Both the position numbers and the translations under genes were made by a program. Shown piece after piece: positions 19,716-29,759 of a stretch of DNA of 64,000 nt (within the stretch, counting starts at the first letter, position 1; each line of letters starts with the position of its first letter). The stretch lies in contig NZ_JAVJOJ010000001.1 of the NCBI RefSeq assembly GCF_040216815.1, forward strand, positions 129,229 to 193,228, read 5' to 3'. The notes under the pieces are model-generated. The model saw only the letters and a list, made by a program, of their open reading frames with translations. It searched no databases and was not told the origin of the DNA. Origin of the DNA: Sphingopyxis sp. GTDB taxonomy: Bacteria > Pseudomonadota > Alphaproteobacteria > Sphingomonadales > Sphingomonadaceae.

Positions 19716-20918
19716 ATGACGAACGACGACGACAGCCTCCGCCCCGCCACACGGCTCGTGCAAGGCGGGCGGCGGCCCGAATGGACCGGCGATCCGCGAC
19801 TGGGCGGCGGCGTCGTCAACCCGCCTGTCTGGCGCGCCTCGACCATCCTTTACGACAATATCGCCGACCTGAAGGCGCGCGGCCATGCGACGCACGACAA
19901 GCTTTATTACGGCCGCCGCGGAACCCCGACGGTGTGGGCGCTCGCCGATGCCCTCACGGCGATGGAGCCGGGTGCTGAGGGCACATTGCTCTATCCCTCC
20001 GGCGTCGCGGCCAATTCGGCAGGCCTGCTCGCGCTGTTGTCGCCGGGCGATCATCTGTTGATGGTCGACAGCGCCTATGAACCCACGCGCGCTTTTTGCG
20101 ACGGGATGCTGCGGCGGCTGGGCATCGAAACCACCTATTATGATCCGCTCGTCGGCGCCGGAATCGCCGAGCTGATCCGCCCGGAAACGAAGCTGATCTT
20201 TCTCGAATCGCCCGGCAGCCTGACGTTCGAGGTGCAGGACGTTCCCGCGATCACGCGGATCGCGCGGGCACGCGGCGTGCTGACGATGATCGACAACACC
20301 TGGGCGACGCCCTTGCTGTTCCCCGCGCTGAACCACGGCGTCGATGTCGCGATGATGAGCCTTACCAAATATGTCGGCGGTCACAGCGACGCGATGATGG
20401 GATCGCTCACCGCGACGCGCGCCGTGTGGCCAAAGCTGCGCAGCGCCGCCTACCAGCTCGGCCAGTCGGTATCGCCCGACGATTGCGCGGCTGTCCTGCG
20501 CGGGCTGCGAACGCTCGACGTGCGGCTCGAACGGCACGCGGCCAACGGGCTGACGGTGGCGAACTGGCTCGCCGCGCGCGCCGAGGTCGGCCGCGTGCTC
20601 CACCCCGCGTTGGCCGGCGACCCCGGCCATGCGATCTGGTCGCGCGATTTTGCCGGAAGCAGCGGGCTGTTCGGCTTTACGCTGAAGGGCGCCGACGAAA
20701 CGGCGCGCACGCGCTTCATCGACGCACTCGCCCATTTCGGTATCGGTTTCAGCTGGGGGGGCTACGAAAGCCTCGTCGTGCCGGCCGATCCCGCGGGCAT
20801 CCGCAGCGCGACGCACTGGAACGATCCCGACCCGCTCGTCCGCCTGTCGATCGGGCTCGAAGACCCCGCCGACCTGATCGCCGACCTTGAGCGCAGTTTT
20901 GCCGCGATGACGACATGA
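19716..20918 (+). CDS. metC: Cystathionine beta-lyase
   Basis: YGRRGTPT, DNTWA, SLTKY (PLP lysine) and GFSWGGYES motifs. Confidence 0.92.
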   Translation: MTNDDDSLRPATRLVQGGRRPEWTGDPRLGGGVVNPPVWRASTILYDNIADLKARGHATHDKLYYGRRGTPTVWALADALTAMEPGAEGTLLYPSGVAANSAGLLALLSPGDHLLMVDSAYEPTRAFCDGMLRRLGIETTYYDPLVGAGIAELIRPETKLIFLESPGSLTFEVQDVPAITRIARARGVLTMIDNTWATPLLFPALNHGVDVAMMSLTKYVGGHSDAMMGSLTATRAVWPKLRSAAYQLGQSVSPDDCAAVLRGLRTLDVRLERHAANGLTVANWLAARAEVGRVLHPALAGDPGHAIWSRDFAGSSGLFGFTLKGADETARTRFIDALAHFGIGFSWGGYESLVVPADPAGIRSATHWNDPDPLVRLSIGLEDPADLIADLERSFAAMTT

Positions 20919-22192
20919 GCGGGATCGACGGCCTGCTCGCCCGCATGGGCTTTCCCGCGATCGCCGAGGCGCACATGGTCGAACTGGGCATCGCCGCCGC
21001 GCTGGGCGTGCTCGCCCTTGCCGCAAGCTGGGTGGTCCGGCGACGGCTGGGCCCCCGCCTTTCCGACTGGCTGCACGGCCAGGATTTCGAAGCACGCGGA
21101 CCGTTGACCGAACGGGCCGGGGCGATCCTCGGCTGGACAGCTGCGCTGCTCGTCACGGGAATTTCGGCCGCGGCCTGGCCGTGGCATCCCTATGCGCTGC
21201 TGCTGCTCAACATCCTGTTCGCGTTCGGTGCCGCGGCGCTGGTGCGTCACCTGCTGATCGGCGTGGGGCTGGGCGACGGCGCCGCGCTTGCCGCGGCGTT
21301 CGTCGCGCTCGTCATCCTGTTGTCGCGCGCGGTCGGCGGGCTCGAACTGTTGCAGGAGCGACTCGCGGGGTTCGGTTTTTCGATCGGCGACCGCAATTTC
21401 TCGTTGCTGACGGTGATCAACCTGTTGGTCACGGTCGTCGTCTTGTTCACCCTGGTCCGCCTCGCGACGCGCCTGCTGCGGCGCGTGATCAAGCGCAACG
21501 ACCGCTTCGACCCGACGCAGCGGCTGCTGATCGAAAAGATTTCGGCGGTGGTGATCGTCGTCGCCGCCTTTTTCGTCGGCATCGACATATTGGGCATCGA
21601 CCTCACCGCCTTTGCCGTGTTTTCGGGCGCGCTCGGCCTCGCGATCGGTTTCGGGCTGCAAAAGACGGTCGGCAATCTGATCGCGGGCATCATCCTGCTG
21701 ATGGACCGGTCGATCAAGCCCGGCGACGTCATCGCGGTCGGCAACAGTTTCGGTTGGGTCAACAAGATCGGGGTGCGCGCGGTGTCGGTGATCACGCGCG
21801 AGGGCAAGGAACATCTTATCCCCAACGAAATCCTGATGACGCAGGAGGTCGAGAATTGGAGCTATTCGAGCCGGTCGGTGCGCGTCAAAATCGCCGTCGG
21901 CGTCGCGTATGACACCGACCTGCGGCTGGCGCAGCAGTTGATGATCGAAGCCGCGAAGGAAGCGAAGCGCGTGCTCGATGAGCCCGAGCCGGTGTGCTGG
22001 ATCACCGGCTTCGGCGACAGCAGCGTCGACCATGAACTGCGTTTCTGGATCACCGACCCCGAAGCTGGGATCGGCAATATCAAGGGCGCCGTTTTCCTGA
22101 GCGTCTGGGACAAGTTCCAGGCGGCGGGGATCGAAATCCCCTTCCCGCAGCGCGACCTGCACCTGCGTTCGGTGCCCCCCGCGAAGGAGTAA
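20915..22192 (+). CDS. Small-conductance mechanosensitive channel (MscS family)
   Basis: GALGLAIGFGLQ, IKPGD, IPN and IPFPQRDL motifs; ATGA overlap with metC. Confidence 0.9.
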   Translation: MSGIDGLLARMGFPAIAEAHMVELGIAAALGVLALAASWVVRRRLGPRLSDWLHGQDFEARGPLTERAGAILGWTAALLVTGISAAAWPWHPYALLLLNILFAFGAAALVRHLLIGVGLGDGAALAAAFVALVILLSRAVGGLELLQERLAGFGFSIGDRNFSLLTVINLLVTVVVLFTLVRLATRLLRRVIKRNDRFDPTQRLLIEKISAVVIVVAAFFVGIDILGIDLTAFAVFSGALGLAIGFGLQKTVGNLIAGIILLMDRSIKPGDVIAVGNSFGWVNKIGVRAVSVITREGKEHLIPNEILMTQEVENWSYSSRSVRVKIAVGVAYDTDLRLAQQLMIEAAKEAKRVLDEPEPVCWITGFGDSSVDHELRFWITDPEAGIGNIKGAVFLSVWDKFQAAGIEIPFPQRDLHLRSVPPAKE

Positions 22193-22222
22193 GCGGCCGG
22201 GGCACGAACGCCCCAGCCCGCG

Positions 22223-22759
22223 TCAGAAGCCGCTTTTCGTCGCGCGCTCGACCGCTTCGACGATGATGCGCTTGGCTTCGTCGACATCGCCCCAGCCGTT
22301 GAGCTTCGCCCATTTGCCGGGTTCGAGATCCTTATAGTGGGTGAAGAAATGCTCGATCTGTTGCAGCACGATCGGCGGCATGTCGGTGTAGCTCGCCACG
22401 TCCTTGTAATAGGGAAAGGTCTTGTTCACCGGTACGCACAGCAGTTTCTCGTCGCCGCCCGCGTCATCCTCCATCATCAGCACGCCGATCGGGCGGCACT
22501 TCACCACCGCGCCCGCGACGATCGGCGAGCGCGCGACGACGAGGGCGTCCAATGGATCGCCGTCGTCGCCCAGCGTGTGCGGGATGAAGCCGTAATTGGC
22601 GGGATAGCGCATCGGCGTGTGCAGGAAGCGGTCGACGAACAGCGCGCCCGATGCCTTGTCGAACTCATATTTCACCGGCTCGCCGCCGATCGGCACTTCG
22701 ATCAGGACGTTGAGGCTGTCGGGCGGGCTGTCGCCCGCCGGGATGAGGTCGATACGCAT
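22223..22759 (-). CDS. ppa: Inorganic pyrophosphatase
   Basis: YPANYGF, DGDPLD and DEK motifs; start moved to MRIDL. Confidence 0.95.
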   Translation of the reverse strand: MRIDLIPAGDSPPDSLNVLIEVPIGGEPVKYEFDKASGALFVDRFLHTPMRYPANYGFIPHTLGDDGDPLDALVVARSPIVAGAVVKCRPIGVLMMEDDAGGDEKLLCVPVNKTFPYYKDVASYTDMPPIVLQQIEHFFTHYKDLEPGKWAKLNGWGDVDEAKRIIVEAVERATKSGF

Positions 22760-22829
22760 GGGAGAAGTCCTGTCTTTTCTTGATTCGCGCGCGGCCTTAG
22801 CCCCGGAAGGCGCGATAAGTCGAGACCCA

Positions 22830-23705
22830 TCAGCCCTGCAATGTCGTGATGATCGCCGAAAAGTCGCGGCCATCCTTGTCGGCGCCCACAAAGCTTTCGT
22901 AAAGTTCGCGCGCCCTGGTGCCCATCGGAACGTCGGCGCCGACGCTCGCCGCCGCCTCCATCGCAAGGCGCAAATCCTTGAGCATCAGCGCCGCCGCAAA
23001 GCCGCCCTTGTAATCATTGTCGGCGGGCGTCGTCGGCCCGACGCCGGGAAGCGGCGCATAGCTGGTGAGCGACCAGCATTGCCCCGACGAAACGCTGGCG
23101 ATGTCGAAGAATTTCTGCGGATCGAGCCCCAGCTTCTGCGCGAGCGCGAGCGTCTCGCACGTCGCGACCATCGACGCGCCGAGCAGCATGTTGTTGCAGA
23201 TTTTCGCCGCCTGCCCCGCCCCCGCGTCGCCCGCATGGATCACCGCCTTGCCCATTTTCGCAAGGATCGGTTCGGCGCGCGCGAAACCCTCGCCCGTGCC
23301 GCCGACCATGAAGGTGAGCGTTCCGGCATTGGCGGCGGCGATGCCGCCCGATACGGGCGCATCGACCGCGACAAGGCCCCTGGCGCTCGCCGCTTCGATA
23401 TTGGTACGCGCGGTTGCGACGTCGATCGTCGAGCAATCGAGCAGCAGTGTGCCCGGCGCGGCGTTGGGAAAGACGTCGCTTTCATAAACTCCGGCGACAT
23501 GCTTGCCCGCGGGGAGCATCGTCACGACGGCTTCGGCACCGGTCACGGCCTCGGCGGCCGATGTGGCGCGTGTGCAGCCCGATTCGACGGCACGCGCAAG
23601 CGCCTCTTCGCTGAGGTCGAAGGCGCGGACGTCATGCCCCGCCTTCGCGAGATTCGCGGCCATGCCGCCGCCCATATTGCCGAGTCCGATGAATGCGATT
23701 TTCAT
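22830..23705 (-). CDS. mmsB: 3-hydroxyisobutyrate dehydrogenase
   Basis: [21 protein letters not shown] and LMLKDL motifs. Confidence 0.93.
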   Translation of the reverse strand: MKIAFIGLGNMGGGMAANLAKAGHDVRAFDLSEEALARAVESGCTRATSAAEAVTGAEAVVTMLPAGKHVAGVYESDVFPNAAPGTLLLDCSTIDVATARTNIEAASARGLVAVDAPVSGGIAAANAGTLTFMVGGTGEGFARAEPILAKMGKAVIHAGDAGAGQAAKICNNMLLGASMVATCETLALAQKLGLDPQKFFDIASVSSGQCWSLTSYAPLPGVGPTTPADNDYKGGFAAALMLKDLRLAMEAAASVGADVPMGTRARELYESFVGADKDGRDFSAIITTLQG

Positions 23706-23710
23706 GTCAT

Positions 23711-23815
23711 CTCCCCTCCCGCTTGCGGGAGGGGCCGGGGGAGGGCCTGTCCCGAATATTGCACTGATGGCGAGGGACCAGCCCCTCCCCTAACCCCTCC
23801 CGCAGGCGGGAGGGG
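23711..23815. repeat. CCCTCCC-type palindromic intergenic repeat
   Basis: CCCCTCCCGCTTGCGGGAGGGG-CCGGGGGAGGG ... CCCTCCCCTAA-CCCCTCCCGCAGGCGGGAGGGG. Confidence 0.88.
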
Positions 23816-23823
23816 AACCGGGC

Positions 23824-24606
23824 TCACCGCCCCTTCCACACGCCTTCGCGCTTTTCGATGAAAGCGGCCATGCCTTCGGCCTTGTCCTCGGTCGCGGCGA
23901 GGATCTGGAACAGGCGGCGTTCGTAGATCAGCCCCTGGTCGAGCGTGGTCTCGAACGCGGCATTGACCATGTCCTTGTTCACCATCGCGGCCATCGGCGG
24001 CATCGACGCGATGAGCGTCGCGGTCTTGACCGCTTCGTCGACAAGGCTCTCGTGCTGAACAACGCGCGCGACGAGGCCCGACCGCTCGGCTTCCTCGGCG
24101 TCCATCATCCGGCCGGTGAGGCACATTTCCATCGCCTTTGCCTTGCCGATCGCGCGCGTCAGCCGCTGCGACCCGCCCATGCCCGGCGCGACGCCGAGCT
24201 TGATTTCGGGCTGGCCGAATTTCGCCTTGTCCGATGCGATGATGAAATCGGCCATCATCGCAAGCTCGCAGCCGCCACCGAGCGCGAAGCCGTTCACCGC
24301 GGCGATCCACGGCTTGCGCACCTTCTTCACGAAATCGCTCGTCCATTTCGAGAAGAAATCCTCAAGGTAGAAATCGGCGGCGGGCTTGTCAGCCATTTCC
24401 TTGATGTCGGCGCCCGCGGCAAAGGCCTTGTCGCCCGATCCGGTAAGCACAGCGCAGCGCTGGCTGTCGTCGGCCTCGAAGGCGGCAAAAGCGGCGATCA
24501 GATCGTCGAGGACGCCCGAATTGAGCGCATTGAGCGCCTGCGGGCGGTTCAATGTCACCAACGTGACGGCGCCGCGCTGTTCGATAAGGAGGGTTTCATA
24601 GGTCAT
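23824..24606 (-). CDS. Enoyl-CoA hydratase
   Basis: [17 protein letters not shown] and FGQPE motifs. Confidence 0.92.
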   Translation of the reverse strand: MTYETLLIEQRGAVTLVTLNRPQALNALNSGVLDDLIAAFAAFEADDSQRCAVLTGSGDKAFAAGADIKEMADKPAADFYLEDFFSKWTSDFVKKVRKPWIAAVNGFALGGGCELAMMADFIIASDKAKFGQPEIKLGVAPGMGGSQRLTRAIGKAKAMEMCLTGRMMDAEEAERSGLVARVVQHESLVDEAVKTATLIASMPPMAAMVNKDMVNAAFETTLDQGLIYERRLFQILAATEDKAEGMAAFIEKREGVWKGR

Positions 24607-24620
24607 TCGGCAATCTCCTT

Positions 24621-24679
24621 CGTCATTCCGGCGAAGCCCGGAATCTCGACGGTGAGACCCCGGCCTTCGCCGGGGTGAC
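24621..24679. repeat. CGTC-tagged REP-like doublet
   Basis: CGTCATTCCGGCGAAGCCCGGAATCTC-GACGGT-GAGACCCCGGCCTTCGCCGGGGTGAC. Confidence 0.85.
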
Positions 24680-24682
24680 TGT

Positions 24683-25729
24683 TCAGGTTAACGGGGTCCA
24701 TTTCTCATTCTCGGGCAGCGGCGCAAAGATGGCGTCGATCCATTCGTCCGTGACCGCCTCTGGCGTCGGGGGGTCCCATTTGGGGCTGTTGTCCTTGTCG
24801 ACGATCAGCGCGCGCACGCCTTCGATAAAGTCGTGCATCTGAACGACGCGGCTGCCGATCGCATATTCCTGGGCCATCTCGGCAGCGAAGTCGTGCATCG
24901 CGGCCCCTTCCTTGAGCTGGCGAAGCGCGACCTTGCACGTCTGCGGCGATTTTGTCCCGAGCGTATCGCGTTCCTTCTGCGCCCATTCGCCGCCATCGGC
25001 CTCGATCGCGGCGAGGATTTCTTCATAGCTGTCGCTCGCGAACAGGCGGCCGATCTTGTCGATGTGCTGCAGGATCGCGGCGGGCGGCGCGGTGATCGAC
25101 AATTCACCCAGGATACCGCCGATGCGATCGGGGTGCTGTGCGATACGCTCCTTCGCCTCCGCGAGTTTTTCGGGCGGCAGATAATGCGTCGCAAGGCCCA
25201 GCGCGAGGCACTCCGCGCCATCGAGCCGCGCGCCGGTGAGCGCGAGATATTGCCCCACGCGCCCTTCGAGCCGCGGCAGATACCAGCCGCCGCCGACGTC
25301 GGGGAACAGGCCGATCCCCGTTTCGGGCATGGCAAAGCGCGTATGTTCGGTCGCGACGCGATATTTGGCGGGCTGCGAAATGCCCACACCGCCGCCCATG
25401 GTGATGCCGTCCATGACGGCGACCACGGGCTTGGGATAGGTAAAGAGCAGGTGGTTGAGCCGATATTCGGTGTGGAAGAATTGACGCCCTTCTTTGCCGT
25501 CCTTCGCGCCGCTTTCCGCGAGCATCCGGATGTCGCCGCCCGCGCAAAAGCCACGGCCTTCACTATGGTCGATGATGACAGCTTCGATCGCATCGTCGCC
25601 GCGCCATTTGACCAGCGCATCGATCATAGCCTGGCACATCGGCAGATTGAGCGCGTGGATCGCCTTCGGTCGGTTGAGCGACAGGCGGCCGACGCGGTGG
25701 TCGACCCAAATCAAAACATCATCGGTCAT
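24683..25729 (-). CDS. 3-hydroxyisobutyryl-CoA hydrolase (crotonase family)
   Basis: [32 protein letters not shown] and DNSPKW motifs; true start MTDDV. Confidence 0.88.
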   Translation of the reverse strand: MTDDVLIWVDHRVGRLSLNRPKAIHALNLPMCQAMIDALVKWRGDDAIEAVIIDHSEGRGFCAGGDIRMLAESGAKDGKEGRQFFHTEYRLNHLLFTYPKPVVAVMDGITMGGGVGISQPAKYRVATEHTRFAMPETGIGLFPDVGGGWYLPRLEGRVGQYLALTGARLDGAECLALGLATHYLPPEKLAEAKERIAQHPDRIGGILGELSITAPPAAILQHIDKIGRLFASDSYEEILAAIEADGGEWAQKERDTLGTKSPQTCKVALRQLKEGAAMHDFAAEMAQEYAIGSRVVQMHDFIEGVRALIVDKDNSPKWDPPTPEAVTDEWIDAIFAPLPENEKWTPLT

Positions 25730-26877
25730 TGGCGCAACAAATCCCTTCCCACGATCATCCGCATCACCTGGTTGGTGCCTTCGAGGATCGAATGGACGCG
25801 CAGGTCGCGCCAGAAACGCTCGATCGGATAATCCTTCAAATAGCCGTAGCCGCCGAACAATTGCAGCGCGTCGTTGACGATCTTGCTGCCGCTGTCGGTC
25901 GCGAGCCGCTTCGCCATCGCCGAAAAGCGCGACTTGTCGGGGGCGTTCGCAGTGACTTTGGCCGCCGCCATATAGAGGAGCGCGCGCGCGGCTTCGAGGT
26001 CGGTCGCCATGTCGGCGAGCATGAACTGAGTGTTCTGGAAATCGGCGATCGGCTGCCCGAACTGCTGGCGGTCCTTGGTATAGGCGATCGCTTCGTCGAG
26101 ACAGCGTTGCGCCCCGCCCAGGGAACAGGCCCCGATGTTGAGCCGTCCGCCGTCGAGCCCCGCCATCGCGAAGCGGAACCCATCGCCCTCGGCGCCGACG
26201 AGATTTTCGGCGGGAACGCGGCAATCCTCGAAAATCACCTGCGCGGTGGGCGAGGCATTCCAGCCGAGCTTCTTCTCCGGCGCGCCAAAGCTGAGGCCCG
26301 GCGTATCCTTTTCGACGACAAGGCAGCTGATGCCTTTGGACTTTTCCTCGCCGGTGCGCACCATGCAGACATAAATATCGTTGACCCCGGCGCCCGAGAT
26401 GAACTGCTTGGTGCCATTGAGCACATAATGGTCGCCGTCCTTCCGCGCGGTCGTCTTGAGCGCCGCGGCGTCGGACCCCGATCCGGGTTCGGTGAGGCAA
26501 TAGCTTGCGATTTTTTCCATGCTCACAAGCTGGGGCAGGAAACGCTCCTTGATCGCGGCGGCGCCAAAGCGGTCGATCATCCAGGTCGCCATATTGTGAA
26601 TCGACACATAGGCGGATGTGGCGGGGCAGCCATAGGCCATCGCCTCCATGATCAGCGCCGCTTCCAATCGGCCAAGCCCGATACCGCCCGATTCCTCGGC
26701 CACGTAAATGGCGCCGAAGCCAAGCTCGCCCGCGGCCTTCCATACATCGACGGGATAATGGTGCGTCTCGTCCCATTCGGCTGCAAAGGGCGTGATGCGA
26801 TCGGCGGTGAATTTACGCGCCATATCCTGAATGGCGAGCTGGTCGTCGGTAAGCTGGAACTGGTCGGTCATGGTCAT
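25726..26877 (-). CDS. Isobutyryl-CoA dehydrogenase-like ACAD
   Basis: YCLTEPGSGSD, GGRLNIG and ILEGTNQ motifs; start at 26877 or 26871. Confidence 0.9.
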   Translation of the reverse strand: MTMTDQFQLTDDQLAIQDMARKFTADRITPFAAEWDETHHYPVDVWKAAGELGFGAIYVAEESGGIGLGRLEAALIMEAMAYGCPATSAYVSIHNMATWMIDRFGAAAIKERFLPQLVSMEKIASYCLTEPGSGSDAAALKTTARKDGDHYVLNGTKQFISGAGVNDIYVCMVRTGEEKSKGISCLVVEKDTPGLSFGAPEKKLGWNASPTAQVIFEDCRVPAENLVGAEGDGFRFAMAGLDGGRLNIGACSLGGAQRCLDEAIAYTKDRQQFGQPIADFQNTQFMLADMATDLEAARALLYMAAAKVTANAPDKSRFSAMAKRLATDSGSKIVNDALQLFGGYGYLKDYPIERFWRDLRVHSILEGTNQVMRMIVGRDLLRQ

Positions 26878-27269
26878 TTCTCTAGAATCGCCTCGGCTTC
26901 GATTTCGACTTTCCATTCGGGGCGGATCAGCGCCGGAATGACGAGCATCGTCGCGGCCGGGCGGATGTCGCCGAACACGGCGCCGTGTGCGCACCCCACC
27001 AGGTCGGCGTCGGCGGGGTCGGTGATATACATGCGGGTGCGCACGACGTCGGCGAAGCTGCCGCCCAAGGCTTCGAGCGCTTCGCCGATGATCGTCAGGC
27101 AGCGTGCCGCCTGCACCCCCGCGTCGCCGACGGTCGAACTGCCATCGGGCTCGATCGGTGCGCAGCCCGCAACGTCGATGCGGCTCCCCACCCGAACCGC
27201 GCGGCTATAGCCGTAAACGGGTTCGAACGGGGAGGCCGAGCTATGCTTGCGTCTGGTGGCGTCAGCCAC
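26874..27269 (-). CDS. Rid (YjgF/YER057c/UK114) family protein, non-RidA subtype
   Basis: GYSRAVRVG, DVVRTR, RPAAT and VEIEAEA motifs. Confidence 0.85.
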   Translation of the reverse strand: MADATRRKHSSASPFEPVYGYSRAVRVGSRIDVAGCAPIEPDGSSTVGDAGVQAARCLTIIGEALEALGGSFADVVRTRMYITDPADADLVGCAHGAVFGDIRPAATMLVIPALIRPEWKVEIEAEAILEK

Positions 27270-27567
27270 AAGTGACCTGCGTGATCTTGTAGGCGTCGTC
27301 GTACATGACGTTCACGCGGTCCTGCCGATAGTCCATCGTCATCGCGCTGCGCGGCGGGCCCCAGCGCAGCGTGCGCGCGCCCGATTCCTTGAGGATCGCC
27401 GCGCCCATTTCCGGGCTCGCGCGATGACCGACATGGCTCTGCACCGCATCGGCGTTGCACGTCATTTCGGCGGGCGGCGGCGGGGTCGATTCGGCGGGAG
27501 CCTCGCTACTCATACAGGCGGCAAGCGGCAGGGCTGCGGCGGCGATAGCTAGCAGGCGAACATCCAT
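27262..27567 (-). CDS. Lipoprotein, peptidase inhibitor I78 family
   Basis: Lipobox LAAC; C-terminal TMDYRQDRVNV..D..I..V.CG. Confidence 0.8.
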   Translation of the reverse strand: MDVRLLAIAAAALPLAACMSSEAPAESTPPPPAEMTCNADAVQSHVGHRASPEMGAAILKESGARTLRWGPPRSAMTMDYRQDRVNVMYDDAYKITQVTCG

Positions 27568-27592
27568 CGTGAATCTCCCTTTCAAAACGCCG

Positions 27593-28102
27593 TCATCCGG
27601 CACAGCGCGTATAGCGCATCGTGTCCGGTGCGGCACCCTCGCCCATGTCGCGGCGGACCAGCGCCTTGCCGCCATCGGCAAGATCGAGCTGCATCCGGCG
27701 GTCCCATTCCTCGCCCTCGCCGCTGAACCGGTAATCGGCGACGATATGATGCGCATCGCTTTCGCGCACACGCTTCAGCTCGCCATGCGATTCATGGAAC
27801 CGCAGGTTGGCGGCGTCGATCGTCAGCACGGTGAGATCGGTGCCCGGACGCTTCGCGCAATCGGCCGCGTCGAGTGCCCAGCGACCGCGAATCGCCCGCG
27901 GGATCGCCTGGTCGTCCCCATCGGCACCCGTCCCGGCCGGCGCCGGTGGTTCGTCGGCCTTGGGCGTTTCGGCGGCCGCCGGACGGTCGGCCCTTTGCAG
28001 CGGGCCGATGTTCGAGCGGGCTTCGGGACCCGATTCCTCGTCCGGCCCCCCGCTGCACGCGGCGAGCATCAACAGGGCGGCCGGCATCGTCCATCGCATC
28101 AT
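27593..28102 (-). CDS. Hypothetical lipoprotein
   Basis: Lipobox LAAC; domain IP.AIRGRW...C...F.ES.G...Y.RC. Confidence 0.7.
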   Translation of the reverse strand: MMRWTMPAALLMLAACSGGPDEESGPEARSNIGPLQRADRPAAAETPKADEPPAPAGTGADGDDQAIPRAIRGRWALDAADCAKRPGTDLTVLTIDAANLRFHESHGELKRVRESDAHHIVADYRFSGEGEEWDRRMQLDLADGGKALVRRDMGEGAAPDTMRYTRCAG

Positions 28103-28167
28103 CGTACTTCTCCTTCGCGGGGAGAAATGTTCGACGCCGCACACAGGTTTCATCGGCCGCCTGTCCG

Positions 28168-29661
28168 TCAGCCCATTGTCGGAATGACAAAGGCGTTACC
28201 GCCATCCGGCGACCCGTCGGGCCAGCGCGCGGTGACGGTTTTCACCTTGGTCCAGAATTTGACGCCCTCCATGCCGTGCTGGTTGGTGTCGCCGAACGCC
28301 GAGCGCTTCCAGCCGCCGAAGCTGTGATAGGCGACGGGCACCGGGATCGGCACGTTGATGCCGACCATGCCGACATTGACGCGCGCGGCAAATTCACGCG
28401 CGGCGTGGCCGTTGCGCGTAAAGATCGCGACGCCATTGCCATACTGATGCTTCGACGGCAGTTCGAGCGCGGTTTCGAAATCGGGCGCGCGGACGATCTG
28501 GAGCACCGGGCCGAAGATCTCTTCCTTGTAGCTTTCCATATCGGGGGTGACATGGTCGAACAGTGTGGGGCCGACAAAAAAGCCCTTTTCGTGCCCTTGC
28601 AGCGTGAATCCGCGCCCGTCGACGACCAGTTCGGCGCCCTCATCGGCGCATTTCGCGATCCAGCCTTCGACCTTTTCCTTGTGCGCCGCAGTCACCACGG
28701 GGCCATAATGCGCCTCGGCATCGGTCGACACGCCGACGCGCAGCGCCTCGATCGCGGGGACCAGCTTTTCGCGCAGGCGGGTCGCCGTATCCTCGCCGAC
28801 CGGAACGACGACGGGAAGCGCCATGCAGCGTTCGCCCGCCGACCCGAAGGCCGCGCCGGTAAGGTCGTTCACCACCTGGTCGAGGTCGGCGTCGGGCATG
28901 ACGATGCCGTGATTCTTCGCGCCGCCCATCGCCTGCACGCGCTTTCCGTTCGAAACGCCGCGGTTATAGACATAATGGGCGATGTCCGACGATCCGACGA
29001 AGCTGACCGCGCCGATATCGGGGTGGTCCAAAATCGCGTCGACCATTTCCTTGTCGCCGTGGACGGTCTGGAAAATCCCCTCGGGCATCCCGGCCTCAAG
29101 GAAGAGTTCGGACAGGCGCACGGGGACCGACGGATCGCGCTCGCTGGGTTTCAGGATGAAGGCGTTGCCGACCGCGGTGGCGACGCCGCCCATCCACAGC
29201 GGGATCATCGCGGGGAAGTTGAACGGCGTGATCCCCGCCCCGATGCCGATCGGCTGACGCATCGAATAAACGTCGATGCCGGGGCCCGCGCCTTGCGTAT
29301 ATTCGCCCTTCAGCACATGCGGAATGCCGCAGCAAAATTCGATGACTTCCAGGCCGCGCTGGATGTCACCTTTCGCGTCGGCGATCACCTTGCCATGTTC
29401 GCTCGACAGCATCTCGGCGAGCTGGTTCATATTGGCTTCGACGAGCCGCTTGAACTCGAACATCACGCGCGCGCGGCGCTGCGGATTGGTCGCCGCCCAG
29501 GCGGGCTGCGCGGCCTTTGCGGCGGCCACGGCGCGATCGAGGACGGCGCGGTCGCCGAGCGCGACCCGCGCCTGCACGCCGCCGTTGTTGGGATCGAGGA
29601 CGTCGCCGAAGCGCGCGTCGCCGCCGGCGCCGCCGACGATGTGATGGTCGATCTGTCGCAT
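28168..29661 (-). CDS. mmsA: CoA-acylating methylmalonate-semialdehyde dehydrogenase
   Basis: ITPFNFP, KPSE, FVGS, GAKNH, GERCMA and EIFGPV motifs. Confidence 0.93.
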   Translation of the reverse strand: MRQIDHHIVGGAGGDARFGDVLDPNNGGVQARVALGDRAVLDRAVAAAKAAQPAWAATNPQRRARVMFEFKRLVEANMNQLAEMLSSEHGKVIADAKGDIQRGLEVIEFCCGIPHVLKGEYTQGAGPGIDVYSMRQPIGIGAGITPFNFPAMIPLWMGGVATAVGNAFILKPSERDPSVPVRLSELFLEAGMPEGIFQTVHGDKEMVDAILDHPDIGAVSFVGSSDIAHYVYNRGVSNGKRVQAMGGAKNHGIVMPDADLDQVVNDLTGAAFGSAGERCMALPVVVPVGEDTATRLREKLVPAIEALRVGVSTDAEAHYGPVVTAAHKEKVEGWIAKCADEGAELVVDGRGFTLQGHEKGFFVGPTLFDHVTPDMESYKEEIFGPVLQIVRAPDFETALELPSKHQYGNGVAIFTRNGHAAREFAARVNVGMVGINVPIPVPVAYHSFGGWKRSAFGDTNQHGMEGVKFWTKVKTVTARWPDGSPDGGNAFVIPTMG

Positions 29662-29715
29662 GATCCGAGTCTCCCGTAAAATCTTGCCCTTGCCACAGAC
29701 CAGTTGCGCTCCGAT

Positions 29716-29756
29716 TGCAAGGCATAGACTTGCAGGACGATACTGCATATTTGCAG
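29716..29756. promoter_or_regulatory. LysR recognition and activation boxes
   Basis: TGCAAG-N7-CTTGCA (contains T-N11-A) plus CTGCA-N4-TGCAG, between the divergent lysR and mmsA. Confidence 0.7.
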
Positions 29757-29759
29757 GAT

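Noticed and set aside
24683-26776. 697-aa ORF suggesting an ACAD-crotonase fusion or frameshift
   Set aside because: The N-terminal half is an off-frame reading of the ACAD gene; the real start is ATG 25729 with a normal ATGA overlap
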